Source: a virus (lineage: Duplodnaviria > Caudoviricetes). Taken from it: a stretch of DNA of 45,399 nt. The position numbers and the translations under genes are program-made. How positions within the stretch are numbered: position 1 is the first letter of the stretch; the number at the start of each line of letters is the position of its first letter. Where the stretch lies: positions 1 through 45,399 of the IMG/VR virus record IMGVR_UViG_3300020045_004936; one strand, given 5' to 3'. Positions 9,906 through 18,434 of this stretch are shown here, in pieces. The notes below the pieces were generated by a model. It was not told where the DNA came from. It searched no databases and saw nothing but the letters and a program-made list of their open reading frames with translations.

Positions 9906-10147
9906 TTCGTTACCTCCGGCGTAAACGACCCACACGCTTCAAAGTTTGACTTCCAGTTCTTCTTGGGATACAGCTTGCACCGCCGATAGACCTTCGCTCT
10001 CTGGTCGTAGTAGAAGTTCTCGCAATCCTTGCACTTCTTTCCTGGCGTAAATCCAATTAGAGTAACTTTGCGTCCATCAGCGTCTTTCAAATTCCGAACC
10101 GACCCGCCATTCCTGAAAGACGTAGGCATATCAAATAGCTCGTTCAC
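9902..10147 (-). CDS. Hypothetical Zn-binding protein (CKDC..F...RCKL...W...ACG.F)
   Basis: ORF track; coupled overlaps at both ends. Confidence 0.6.
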   Translation of the reverse strand: MNELFDMPTSFRNGGSVRNLKDADGRKVTLIGFTPGKKCKDCENFYYDQRAKVYRRCKLYPKKNWKSNFEACGSFTPEVTK

Positions 10148-10381
10148 TTCGCCCCACTCGCTAAATACTGCGCCAACACGTTGATGACCTCGGCTATCTC
10201 GTCTGGTGTAAGCCTCTCACCCTTTACCAGCATGACCTTGACACGCTCTAGGGCTTGGTCGATGGTGGCGGTCATGGGCCGAATCTCCCAAATTTAAAGT
10301 ATGAGTACCATGACAGGCCCGATACAAAGCCCCATGCAACGGTGTGGAAAATAGCCAGGAACAGGTTGTCTTTGAATAGCG

Positions 10382-10573
10382 TCATGGCTTATTCCTCTCG
10401 GAGAGCATGGCGTCTGCGTAGGCATATCGAGCTTCGACGCGAGAGCATCCTTGGCCGCCGTAGACTTTCATATCCTCTTCGCTGCAATGAATAGCGAAGT
10501 AGTCACGGAGGGTCATGCCATCTTGGCCTGGTATCGCTCTTGGAAAAGCCGGCCCACCATCAGGCTTACTCAT
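10382..10573 (-). CDS. Conserved phage hypothetical protein (GGPAFP...GMTLRDYFA family)
   Basis: Motif GGPAFP-GMTLRDYFA-AY..ADAML is familiar from early regions of tailed phages; function unknown. Confidence 0.75.
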   Translation of the reverse strand: MSKPDGGPAFPRAIPGQDGMTLRDYFAIHCSEEDMKVYGGQGCSRVEARYAYADAMLSERNKP

Positions 10574-10749
10574 TTCTTCTTCCCCCTCTTGCGTGAGATT
10601 GGACGAATCTCTACTTGCCCAACGTAGCAAGCTTTACATTCTGGCTTGAGAAGTCTGTGGCGATAGCTCTCAATCTGCCTGACTGTATTCCAATCGCAGT
10701 CTATTACCGCCCACGCCTTCACCTTCCGCGCACTAGGCTTAGTGGTCAT
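10570..10749 (-). CDS. 59-aa hypothetical protein
   Basis: MTTKPSARKVKAWAV..., ATGA overlaps at both ends; translated by hand. Confidence 0.5.
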   Translation of the reverse strand: MTTKPSARKVKAWAVIDCDWNTVRQIESYRHRLLKPECKACYVGQVEIRPISRKRGKKK

Positions 10750-10967
10750 AGCAACTCCTTCTCAATCTTTTGGGCGATAGACTCTGCCACATCATACCTA
10801 TCTTTGATTCGCAACTCGTATCCCTTAACTATCTCCACACACTCCCTCACCTTCGCATCGAGGAGGGCGGCTATGTTCTTCTCAAGGGCTACATAATTGC
10901 TATGGACAGAGCTTTTCTCCATCACCTTCCGCGCCTCCTCAAGACTTCTTTTGGATGGGGTGGTCAT
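10746..10967 (-). CDS. Hypothetical protein
   Basis: ATG 10967 after GGGAGGGG. Confidence 0.55.
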   Translation of the reverse strand: MTTPSKRSLEEARKVMEKSSVHSNYVALEKNIAALLDAKVRECVEIVKGYELRIKDRYDVAESIAQKIEKELL

Positions 10968-11069
10968 GGCCCCTCCCATCCACCAGCACAATGATAGAGA
11001 ACAAAGCTGGCTATCATTCCAGAAATAAAGCCAACCAAAAACCATGTCGCCCCGCCAAAACTGCCAGGG

Positions 11070-11240
11070 TCAATTACTATTGGTTCCATCGTTTCCTCCC
11101 CTAACCTTGAGTAGAGCGGCTACAGAAATACAGACAATACAATGACACTTATGGTCTCTGGCACGAATAGCCGCCTCTATCACATCCTGCTCTGCCTGAT
11201 ACTCCCTCTCAAGCTTCTTCAAGTCTCCGCGCTTCTTCAT
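11070..11240 (-). CDS. Hypothetical small protein (CHCIVC)
   Basis: ATG 11240 after GGAGGGAG; the longer start called at 11348 would run through the structured RNA. Confidence 0.5.
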   Translation of the reverse strand: MKKRGDLKKLEREYQAEQDVIEAAIRARDHKCHCIVCISVAALLKVRGGNDGTNSN

Positions 11241-11256
11241 TCTCTCACTCCCTCCA

Positions 11257-11570
11257 TAAACTTGTGTTGGATAGGCAGGCTTTTCACCCGCTCCACGCCG
11301 TCCACCGAAACTGATTACAGACTTCGGCATCTTCTTGGAATGGCTCAAGTCCCCGAAGGGCCATGAGAACGTCTCGTATGCTATCCAACCTAGCCTTGCG
11401 GCTAAACTTGTTGCCTATCCTGTCCGGTTCAGGAAAGAAGTAGGTATACACCTAACTATCCTTGTCAGCAATCTTACCCAACACCCCAGTTCCTCTGGGC
11501 GTCTCTGCCCTTTTAATGAGTCATAGCCTTCATAGCTCACCGCGTGTGAGACAGTGTTGGTAAACTAAAC
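11257..11570 (-). ncRNA. Candidate multi-domain structured RNA with tRNA-like 3' domain
   Basis: Gap of about 350 nt in a tightly coupled operon; many stems, cUUCGg and GCAA tetraloops on the minus strand, perfect 9-bp closing stem plus a 5-bp/7-nt T-arm-like hairpin. Confidence 0.6.
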
Positions 11571-11593
11571 CTTCTCCTTCTCCGGCTTCCTAA

Positions 11594-12640
11594 TTAATTA
11601 CCCTGCGAATCAACACCCAAAACAGACGCCCCAATAGATACTAGCTCTGATGGGAGTATCTTTACGTCCTTAAACAGTCCAGCCACTATCATGGCTCTTT
11701 GAGTCTCTATTTCAACCTGAGCCTTTCTCTGACCTGACTCTCCGGCATACTGAGCGTCCCTATTAAGCTGTGCGACCTCTGCCCTAGCCTTACCAATAGC
11801 TAGTTCTCCTGCAGAACGCGCAAGGTTTGAATCACGCTCGGCTTCGGCGTCAAGAACGGTCTTACGCGCATTCGCCTCTGCCGCTGTAACCATCTGAATC
11901 TTTCTTGCCTCAGCTTCCTGCCTAACTTGCTCAACCTGTGCCTGGCTCATAGCAAATATGCGCTTGGCTTCCTGCTCGGCGGCCTTAGTTTCTTCCTGTT
12001 TACGCAAGACTTGTTGCTGTGCTATCTGTTTCTGCGCTATTTCATTCTCATACGCAGGGTCAAGATGAACTCCATAGATAATGGTATTCTCTACATCAAT
12101 GCCCCTATCTTTTAAAACAGAGTTATTCTTGAGCGCATCATCGACCTGATTCTTGAATTTAACAAACCCTGTACCTGAGTAAAGCTCAAGAGCCGACTTA
12201 TATGGTCTGGCTATTTCATTAACTGTATCTACTATTTCTCTCTTTAGCACTACAGATTCATACGTATGACCAATACCCTGTTTGTGAAGCTTCACTATGT
12301 CCGTAGGATTAAGATGATAGTTTACTGATATTGAAACCCATGCTTTCTGACCACCATTTTCACCGACCTCAACAGGAATAGTCTCGTACTCCGCATCGGC
12401 GTTCCCTGTCTTTGCATCAAACGTAATCTTCTGTGTTCCAATCGGATACACATGAATGTCCTGAATAAAGTTATTGAACATATGTGTCCCCGCACCAAGG
12501 CTCTGCTCCTTAACGCCACCCCAGTCCTGAACAACCCCTATCTCGGAACCCTCTATCTTGACGAAAGAAAAGAACCCCATAACCACAATGATAATTACGA
12601 GTGTTATTACCCCACCTATCCCAATAAGAATCTTATTCAT
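11594..12640 (-). CDS. SPFH/Band 7 (prohibitin-like) membrane protein
   Basis: N-terminal TM helix, IEGSEIGVV..WGGV...L.AG.H motif, SVNYHL strand, Ala/Glu/Gln coiled coil. Confidence 0.88.
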   Translation of the reverse strand: MNKILIGIGGVITLVIIIVVMGFFSFVKIEGSEIGVVQDWGGVKEQSLGAGTHMFNNFIQDIHVYPIGTQKITFDAKTGNADAEYETIPVEVGENGGQKAWVSISVNYHLNPTDIVKLHKQGIGHTYESVVLKREIVDTVNEIARPYKSALELYSGTGFVKFKNQVDDALKNNSVLKDRGIDVENTIIYGVHLDPAYENEIAQKQIAQQQVLRKQEETKAAEQEAKRIFAMSQAQVEQVRQEAEARKIQMVTAAEANARKTVLDAEAERDSNLARSAGELAIGKARAEVAQLNRDAQYAGESGQRKAQVEIETQRAMIVAGLFKDVKILPSELVSIGASVLGVDSQGN

Positions 12641-12735
12641 TTTTTTCTACCCCTCAATTTTAGAACCATGAGAACCGCTAACCACCCCACAAACAGAACA
12701 ACGATTAAATCAGCAAATACAGTTAACCTTTGCAT
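12637..12735 (-). CDS. 32-aa membrane microprotein coupled to the SPFH gene
   Basis: MQRLTVFADLIVVLFVGWLAVLMVLKLRGRKK; GGAGG RBS; ATGA overlap. Confidence 0.55.
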   Translation of the reverse strand: MQRLTVFADLIVVLFVGWLAVLMVLKLRGRKK

Positions 12736-12822
12736 TTATCCTCCTTTGGCTTCCTCGAAAAGTAGCAAGGGTCACAAATAAACAGCGTCTTATCAATCTC
12801 TTGGCCGCAGTCACGACAATGG

Positions 12823-13275
12823 TTAGCTAGTAGGTTCATGTTTATAATTCCTCTCCACAGCACTGAACAAGTCCACTATCCTCCGCGCCATGACTCTGCG
12901 GCTCTCACAATACCAAGTCTGCAAGTCATATCTCACCTGCATCACAGCCAGCTTCTTCACCATGCTGTGGCCTTCAAACTGGCTGCGCTCGAATCCGTTC
13001 CACACATCTGTATATGTACCTTCTACTGCTAGTATGAGCTGCATGTTGGCCGACTTCGCCCTCTCCATCTCGCGCTTGAAGCGGTCGTAGCCGCTAGTCA
13101 TAGTGCCCCACAGGTCGCCGATTCCCTTTCTCTCTATGACTATTGGAACTGGTTTATCGTGGACTATAGCTGTGTAATCTCCGAAGCTTAGTGCCATATT
13201 CTCCACTTTATCCACACCCTCAATCCCTTTGAAGTCTAAAACTCTTTGCTCTCTTGTGTCAGTCACGATTACCAC
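12823..13275 (-). CDS. ERCC4-domain nuclease (probable junction resolvase)
   Basis: DTREQ, L.FGDY and IERKG..DL motifs; GTG 13275 fits RBS spacing better than TTG 13278. Confidence 0.88.
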   Translation of the reverse strand: MVIVTDTREQRVLDFKGIEGVDKVENMALSFGDYTAIVHDKPVPIVIERKGIGDLWGTMTSGYDRFKREMERAKSANMQLILAVEGTYTDVWNGFERSQFEGHSMVKKLAVMQVRYDLQTWYCESRRVMARRIVDLFSAVERNYKHEPTS

Positions 13276-13376
13276 CAATTCTCCTTAAAAGTTTGGGCAG
13301 TTTACTCAGAGATGCCCAGCTCTGTCTTTGGTTCCTTGCCAAACCCGGTCAGAAAGGAAGGGGGACCAAAGAATTG

Positions 13377-13901
13377 TTAGAGGGGATGACCAGCTTTCTT
13401 AATCTGCTTCTCAGCCTCTTTGGTGGCATTCTTCTCAGTCATAAAAGTGAATCCCTGCTTATACTCACCCTCGACCTCTTCAAACTCCTCACCAACCTTT
13501 TTCATCTTCTGCTTTTTGTAAGCCTTGATATAGACCTCGGCAGAGCCTTTGAGACTATTCAGGCTATCCATCAAGCTTTCATCACTCGTAGTGTCAACCT
13601 TGACACCGACAGAGAAGAACCCATTGAGTAACTTGGCTAAGCCACCTGACTTAGAGCTGGCATTCTCTCCATCCGTTTTGTAGTAGTCCCTAAACTCCGA
13701 GAACGTAGAGCGTGACTCACTCCCAGACATGCGCTCGGTTATCTTGAACTCGGCCATCAACTGTGGGCCAAACTTCCCATCCGGCTCATTCTTAAAGTCA
13801 ATAAACATTGACTTATAAACGCCTTCCAATATTGGCTTATCACCAATAGTGGAAACTTCTTGCTTGTACCCTGCCGCCTTCAACGCTTCAGATATAGACA
13901 T
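13377..13901 (-). CDS. Putative single-stranded DNA-binding protein (DUF669-like)
   Basis: LEGVYK strand pattern; follows a Sak4-like ATPase, the usual position. Confidence 0.5.
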   Translation of the reverse strand: MSISEALKAAGYKQEVSTIGDKPILEGVYKSMFIDFKNEPDGKFGPQLMAEFKITERMSGSESRSTFSEFRDYYKTDGENASSKSGGLAKLLNGFFSVGVKVDTTSDESLMDSLNSLKGSAEVYIKAYKKQKMKKVGEEFEEVEGEYKQGFTFMTEKNATKEAEKQIKKAGHPL

Positions 13902-13953
13902 TATCCTGTCTCCTTGTTATGTTTACCTTCACTCCACCGTCAACAACACTCAT

Positions 13954-14754
13954 CTAATCTTGGAAGAAAGACCTCAACTTGACATAGTTGGCCTTAGCTG
14001 CTTCTTGCATAGCCTCTTTAGTCCTGGCCTTAGGATTCTCAAGCACCCACTTGTCAGGGATACATAAACCTCTTGACCCGGCTTCAACAGTCCCAGTCCC
14101 CAATGCCCTAACTGTCCTAGTTATCATCCCATCCGGCTCAACTTTGGAAACTATATTAAGAATATGGTGGGAGTATCGCAGATAACTCTTACCCAGTTGC
14201 CCACCAATATCTATGGTACTCATGGTGACATCGGCCCCAAGGTCATTCTTAACTTTCTTATTGTCAGTATGCGCTATTATTGCCACGGCACACTGCAACT
14301 GCTTTAGCTTCCCAAGGATATTATCAGCCAAGTTATTACGCTGGCTCCATCCAGGGCTACCCTTATCGCCGCCAAGATTAATCTCCTCTATCGTCTCCCA
14401 CTCTTTATTTAGCTTCCTATTGAATATCTCAACGGTCTTGTCAGATAGGAGCGACGTAAACCTTGTGGCTGTATCCAGTACTATAGTGTCAATATTTTTG
14501 GGGAACGTTCCTTTGTGCTTCATAGCCACAAGCTCATCAATAACTTTTTCCATCTCATCATAATCAAGGAATGGGCGGTCTTTAGGAAACTTCACAACAT
14601 CAAGGTGAGAGAGCCCACCCTCTATATCAAGAAATATTGTTCCTTCGCCAACTGAGAATAGTTCCGACTTCCCTATTTTCGGTGCACCAAGCACACAGAA
14701 CGTCTGTTCTCTCCACTTCTTATTACTCCCAGATTTATCAAAGTTCATTTCCAT
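13954..14754 (-). CDS. Sak4-like/AAA_24 P-loop ATPase (ssDNA annealing recombinase)
   Basis: GAPKIGKS Walker A, FLDIEGG, IVLDT Walker B, IIAH. Confidence 0.82.
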   Translation of the reverse strand: MEMNFDKSGSNKKWREQTFCVLGAPKIGKSELFSVGEGTIFLDIEGGLSHLDVVKFPKDRPFLDYDEMEKVIDELVAMKHKGTFPKNIDTIVLDTATRFTSLLSDKTVEIFNRKLNKEWETIEEINLGGDKGSPGWSQRNNLADNILGKLKQLQCAVAIIAHTDNKKVKNDLGADVTMSTIDIGGQLGKSYLRYSHHILNIVSKVEPDGMITRTVRALGTGTVEAGSRGLCIPDKWVLENPKARTKEAMQEAAKANYVKLRSFFQD

Positions 14755-15307
14755 TGCCCGTCTCCTCTTTAGCCAACACATAATTAATCAACAATCCACA
14801 CCACGCATCAACAAATTTGGGGTTAAAAGGAGCTTGCCAATATTCATAACCACCCAACGCTCTATCACATCTAAGTATTCCAACATTATCATTTGGCTTA
14901 AGCCCATTAAGCCGTCTTAGATGCTCATAAACATTCACTTGAATTTTATAACTAAGCGATATTCTCGCCGCACCCTTTAAATCAATAGTAGTATTTGGTA
15001 TCTCAAAGTCTGGCTCGCCAGAGACTTCATACCCAAGAATTACTGCATTAGTCCTCTCGCACGTTCTAATATACTCTGGCTGATAAATTTTCTTCCACTT
15101 CATAAAGGCTTCATAGGCGAACACCGTATCAGGTTTTGCTTTCTTTGGAAGCTCTCCACCACTCTTTACTATCCCATCAAGAATAGTTCCAAACTTTAAT
15201 CCCTGCTTACTCTTTCTATTAGCTTCTGCTAGTCCCACTCTACATACCCATTTCACGTACCATTCTTCTTTAAAATGCCCAAGGACTTCAGTCACTCTTA
15301 TTGGCAT
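14738..15307 (-). CDS. PD-(D/E)XK exonuclease
   Basis: VTEVL, GT, SGEPD...IDLKG and Q...Y motifs; adjacent to the recombinase. Confidence 0.78.
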   Translation of the reverse strand: MPIRVTEVLGHFKEEWYVKWVCRVGLAEANRKSKQGLKFGTILDGIVKSGGELPKKAKPDTVFAYEAFMKWKKIYQPEYIRTCERTNAVILGYEVSGEPDFEIPNTTIDLKGAARISLSYKIQVNVYEHLRRLNGLKPNDNVGILRCDRALGGYEYWQAPFNPKFVDAWCGLLINYVLAKEETGNGNEL

Positions 15308-15582
15308 TCAGACTCCGTAGAAACATTACGCTCCAAGTCCTTCATAAACTGGTCTAACTGTGCCTGCTCAATAGACCGCACAATACCAATGGCTAGGTGC
15401 TTCATGTCTATATCTGTCACCTTACAGCCCAACACAATCCCATCATCAATCATCACCTTGCGCCAGTCCATCAACTCAGCTAGCGTCACCGCCATCATTA
15501 CTTCGTGTTCACTTTTCAACGGAAGCCCCTTTCCACATAAGTAGCTTATTATCTCTACGCGATGTCTTGAGCTTAGACCCAT
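15298..15582 (-). CDS. Hypothetical protein
   Basis: ORF track; start uncertain (overlaps the upstream gene). Confidence 0.5.
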   Translation of the reverse strand: MGLSSRHRVEIISYLCGKGLPLKSEHEVMMAVTLAELMDWRKVMIDDGIVLGCKVTDIDMKHLAIGIVRSIEQAQLDQFMKDLERNVSTESECQ

Positions 15583-15727
15583 ACTTAACCCTTACCGCCG
15601 TCACTATTCCGGCCTCAGACCCATTAGCATCTACCTCTAACGCCTGCATAGCCCTAAGCTTCGTAAACGCCCTAACTACATCCTCATACTTACTCGGTTT
15701 CCCTACCACCCTAAATGTATAGCTCAT
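15509..15727 (-). CDS. Hypothetical small basic protein
   Basis: GGAGGGG RBS, ATGA overlap. Confidence 0.6.
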   Translation of the reverse strand: MSYTFRVVGKPSKYEDVVRAFTKLRAMQALEVDANGSEAGIVTAVRVKYGSKLKTSRRDNKLLMWKGASVEK

Positions 15728-15899
15728 TTGACTATCCCCTCCGTTAATTGGTTAACATGCCCCGCAAAGTGATGTGCCGCCTCAAGCTCCATCAAGCTCC
15801 ACTCATACGCCAATGTCTTAGGCCGAAAGAAGGCGGTGGCAAAGTCGCACCGGATACTCCAAAGCTTCCCGCATAGCTTGCAGGTGTGGTGGAGGAGAA

Positions 15900-16034
15900 T
15901 CACTTGTCTAGGTACTCCTCAAGTATCATCCTAATCTGGGCCGCAAGCGTCCTATGGCCTTCTTCCGCAAGCTCCTTTAACTGCGAGTGCGTCTTGGAAT
16001 CCATATCAAAAGTGTAAGTTATATTTCCACTCAT
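15900..16034 (-). CDS. Arc/CopG-like ribbon-helix-helix regulator (44 aa, absent from the ORF track)
   Basis: MSGNITYTFDMDSKTHSQLKELAEEGHRTLAAQIRMILEEYLDK fits the RHH pattern; AAGGAG RBS; first gene after a consensus promoter. Confidence 0.8.
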   Translation of the reverse strand: MSGNITYTFDMDSKTHSQLKELAEEGHRTLAAQIRMILEEYLDK

Positions 16035-16059
16035 ATTGTATTTCTCCTTTGTGAGACCA

Positions 16060-16088
16060 AGTATAATTGAAGTGTAATTCTATGTCAA
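16060..16088 (-). promoter_or_regulatory. Sigma70-type promoter TTGACA-17-TATACT
   Basis: Near-consensus boxes with ideal spacing upstream of the RHH gene. Confidence 0.8.
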
Positions 16089-16128
16089 GGTATTTCTTTT
16101 GCTTTATTTTGCTATCTTTAGATTTCCC

Positions 16129-16156
16129 TTGCAATAGATTTTCTATTTGCTATAAT
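16129..16156 (+). promoter_or_regulatory. Promoter TTGCAA-16-TATAAT with extended -10 (TG)
   Basis: TGcTATAAT upstream of the helicase RBS; inverted repeat AATAGA-TTT-TCTATT in the spacer. Confidence 0.7.
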
Positions 16157-16181
16157 CTCCATACTTAAACTAGGAGAATTG

Positions 16182-17138
16182 GTGTCGAAACTGTCTGGCA
16201 AATATTTAGCTTCCGAACTTCTCACCATCGACCTAAAAGGCTCCGAAGCTCTAATAGACCAAATACTCTTTGAACGCGACAACACGATTCTCCTGGGAAA
16301 AGAAAAGGCTGGCAAGTCTATATTCTCCATGCAAATGGCCTGTTCGCTGACTTCCGGCTCTCCCCTCCTAAACGAATACAAAGTCAAGGCTCCTTGTGAT
16401 GTAGTCTATATCCAAGCTGAGGGCAAGCTCTCCGGAACCCGTGATAACCTGAAGAACATGACCAAGGTTATAGACTGTGATTTCTCCAAGCTCCTATACC
16501 TTTATTATCCATCCATCCCGCTTGACACCGAGCAAGGTTATAACGAAATTATCGCCCAAATAAGCTCATGGCGCAGACCAGAAGTAATATTCATTGACCC
16601 TCTATATATGTCTATGTCGGGCGATATGAAGGATGATGTGGCTTCTAAGAAGATGGTCGAGAACCTCCGTATGCTATCTGAAATTTACCAAGCCACCATT
16701 GTGGTCGTCCACCACGCCCATCGCCCTATACGTATGAAAGACCACAGCATTGTAGATGAAGGCGATGACTCCATATTCGGCTCATTCGTCTGGAAAGCCT
16801 ACCCCGACAACATCATCCTTATCCAAAAAGTCACAGGGAACAAGTATCAGCGCAAAATCTCCTGCTCCACCCAACGCTCCGGCAAGACTATTGAAGGTAT
16901 AGACATCATGTTCATAGAGCCTACCCCTCTATACTTCAAGATTAAAGATGATTCCCGCCCGATAGATGACCTAGTTCTTGCCAATACCACCAAAGAAGGT
17001 TGCAACGCAGAGGACATTAGAAAAACTATTGATAAGTCCTATAAGCACACTTTGGATGCCTACCATAGGCTCCAAACGGCTGGAAAAGTAGCCCGTTTGA
17101 ACCCTCATAAAAACCCTGCTATTTTTGGCCTAGTTTAA
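16182..17138 (+). CDS. RepA-like (AAA_25, RecA-fold) helicase, possible C-terminal winged helix
   Basis: GKEKAGKS, VVYIQAEG, IFIDPLY, IVVVHH and GS..W motifs. Confidence 0.85.
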   Translation: MSKLSGKYLASELLTIDLKGSEALIDQILFERDNTILLGKEKAGKSIFSMQMACSLTSGSPLLNEYKVKAPCDVVYIQAEGKLSGTRDNLKNMTKVIDCDFSKLLYLYYPSIPLDTEQGYNEIIAQISSWRRPEVIFIDPLYMSMSGDMKDDVASKKMVENLRMLSEIYQATIVVVHHAHRPIRMKDHSIVDEGDDSIFGSFVWKAYPDNIILIQKVTGNKYQRKISCSTQRSGKTIEGIDIMFIEPTPLYFKIKDDSRPIDDLVLANTTKEGCNAEDIRKTIDKSYKHTLDAYHRLQTAGKVARLNPHKNPAIFGLV

Positions 17139-17173
17139 ACTTTTATACCTAGCTATTTACCCTTACATATAAT

Positions 17174-17210
17174 AGAGGGGTAGGTACAAAAGTTCCTACC
17201 ATCTCTTTTT
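17174..17210 (+). terminator. Possible intrinsic terminator between convergent genes
   Basis: AGAG-GGTAGG / CCTACC-CTCT stem followed by a T run. Confidence 0.45.
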
Positions 17211-17439
17211 ACAGCTTCTTCCCACAAAAATAACAGTAGTTAAATACATCCTCTGGATATTCTGGGGTAGTTTGCGCGTTGTGCGGACACGCCCCATGAA
17301 GCTCCGTCAAGAGCTTCTCAAAGTAGACCCTCTGCTCCAGATGCTCATAGAGGCAAGTCTTGGAGTAAAGATAGCCGTAGCGGTCTATCTCTCCAGCCAG
17401 TAGCTCTGCCGTCTCTTTGATAACCCTATCGGTTAGCAT
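17209..17439 (-). CDS. Hypothetical protein with C-terminal C..CGKKL knuckle
   Basis: ORF track, GGGGG RBS. Confidence 0.6.
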   Translation of the reverse strand: MLTDRVIKETAELLAGEIDRYGYLYSKTCLYEHLEQRVYFEKLLTELHGACPHNAQTTPEYPEDVFNYCYFCGKKL

Positions 17440-17447
17440 AATTCCCC

Positions 17448-17870
17448 CTAGTCCGCATTAACTGTATCTATCTCAAATGAGGAGAGAGCAGCTCCGGCCT
17501 TAAGCTTTCTTCCCTCATGCTTCCCATTAGTCCTATAGCTACAGAACAGATGAAGCAATCCGCTCCTATTGAGACAGTCTATAGACCAAGAGCGTGGAGC
17601 TACCTTATCTGGCGTAGTACCGAATCTCTCAAACCAATCCCCATAGCCACCAATACCATCTATATGTATAACATCCGAGCAACCAGAAAGCCTTGCTATA
17701 GGTTTACCATCTTTAACGGCTACAAAGTCCATGCACCGATAACCGCTATCATGCTTGCGTTTGGTAGGAAGTATAACAAGAGAAGTAAAAGTTCCTACGT
17801 TATCGTTCCAGCCCCTAACAGGCAAAGCCTGAAATTCCTTAACAGTCATCTTGTTAATATCAGTTTCCAT
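17448..17870 (-). CDS. Conserved phage hypothetical protein (HDSGYRCM..SGCSDVIHIDG)
   Basis: AGGAG RBS; globular composition. Confidence 0.7.
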   Translation of the reverse strand: METDINKMTVKEFQALPVRGWNDNVGTFTSLVILPTKRKHDSGYRCMDFVAVKDGKPIARLSGCSDVIHIDGIGGYGDWFERFGTTPDKVAPRSWSIDCLNRSGLLHLFCSYRTNGKHEGRKLKAGAALSSFEIDTVNAD

Positions 17871-18033
17871 AGCTCCTCCTATCTGCCTGCCGTCTATCCA
17901 ACAGCTTCAAGGCTTCGTTAACGTGTTCTAAGGCTCTCTTGGCTTGGCTCTCGGTTATGTCTAAGGCCCTGTCGTTACAGAAGTCTGCTAGAAGCCCACT
18001 CCGATGGATTAGCTCATCCGCTTGTCTTGTCAC
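17860..18033 (-). CDS. Hypothetical protein
   Basis: GTG 18033 after AGGGGG. Confidence 0.5.
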   Translation of the reverse strand: MTRQADELIHRSGLLADFCNDRALDITESQAKRALEHVNEALKLLDRRQADRRSYGN

Positions 18034-18256
18034 TTGTGACCCCCTTTTTAGCTTGATAATACGCCTGATTCCTAACCTTCCTCTGACCTCGACACCCCCC
18101 ACAGAGCGTCAGGTATATCCCCGATGTAGCTTTCTCTGCCTCTTTCCCACAGACCCCGCAAAGCCCGTTAAGCACCCTATTGATATACATACGATACTGA
18201 GCCGATTGCTTTGCTATCAAGTCCTCCGTCCAGTCCGTCCTTCTACGCCTTCCCAT
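18014..18256 (-). CDS. Basic Zn-finger protein (GLCGVCG...LCGGC)
   Basis: Two CxxC pairs. Confidence 0.6.
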   Translation of the reverse strand: MGRRRRTDWTEDLIAKQSAQYRMYINRVLNGLCGVCGKEAEKATSGIYLTLCGGCRGQRKVRNQAYYQAKKGVTSDKTSG

Positions 18257-18434
18257 GCTTCCCCCTTTCAAAGTTAAGCGGAAGCCTTAAATGCTCCGCA
18301 TTATGCTTATTAGCCGGCCTAAAACACTCATGGCCCTGATATTGTAGGAGTCTGCACCTTACACAGAAGTAACGGCACTTCTTATCACTCCCTAGACTAA
18401 AGTTAGACATCCAGCCTTTACGCTTCTTTGGCAT
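18243..18434 (-). CDS. Small basic Cys-containing protein
   Basis: MPKKRK start; CVRC....HEC. Confidence 0.45.
   Translation of the reverse strand: MPKKRKGWMSNFSLGSDKKCRYFCVRCRLLQYQGHECFRPANKHNAEHLRLPLNFERGKHGKA

Noticed and set aside
11266-11330. Resemblance to group II intron domains V/VI (GCCG...CGGCGUGGAGCGGG..AAAAG..CCUAUCCAAC)
   Set aside because: No AGC/CGC triad or canonical domain V geometry, no reverse transcriptase, and the 3' strand pairs perfectly with 11381-11389 instead.
11411-11471. Hammerhead ribozyme or canonical tRNA in the structured region
   Set aside because: CUGACAA does not match CUGANGA and there is no GAAA core; the tRNA-like domain lacks UUCRA, a standard anticodon arm and CCA.
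14738-15307. Cas4/CRISPR association of the PD-(D/E)XK nuclease
   Set aside because: No Fe-S cysteines, no array or cas genes; the context is a Sak4/SSB recombination module.
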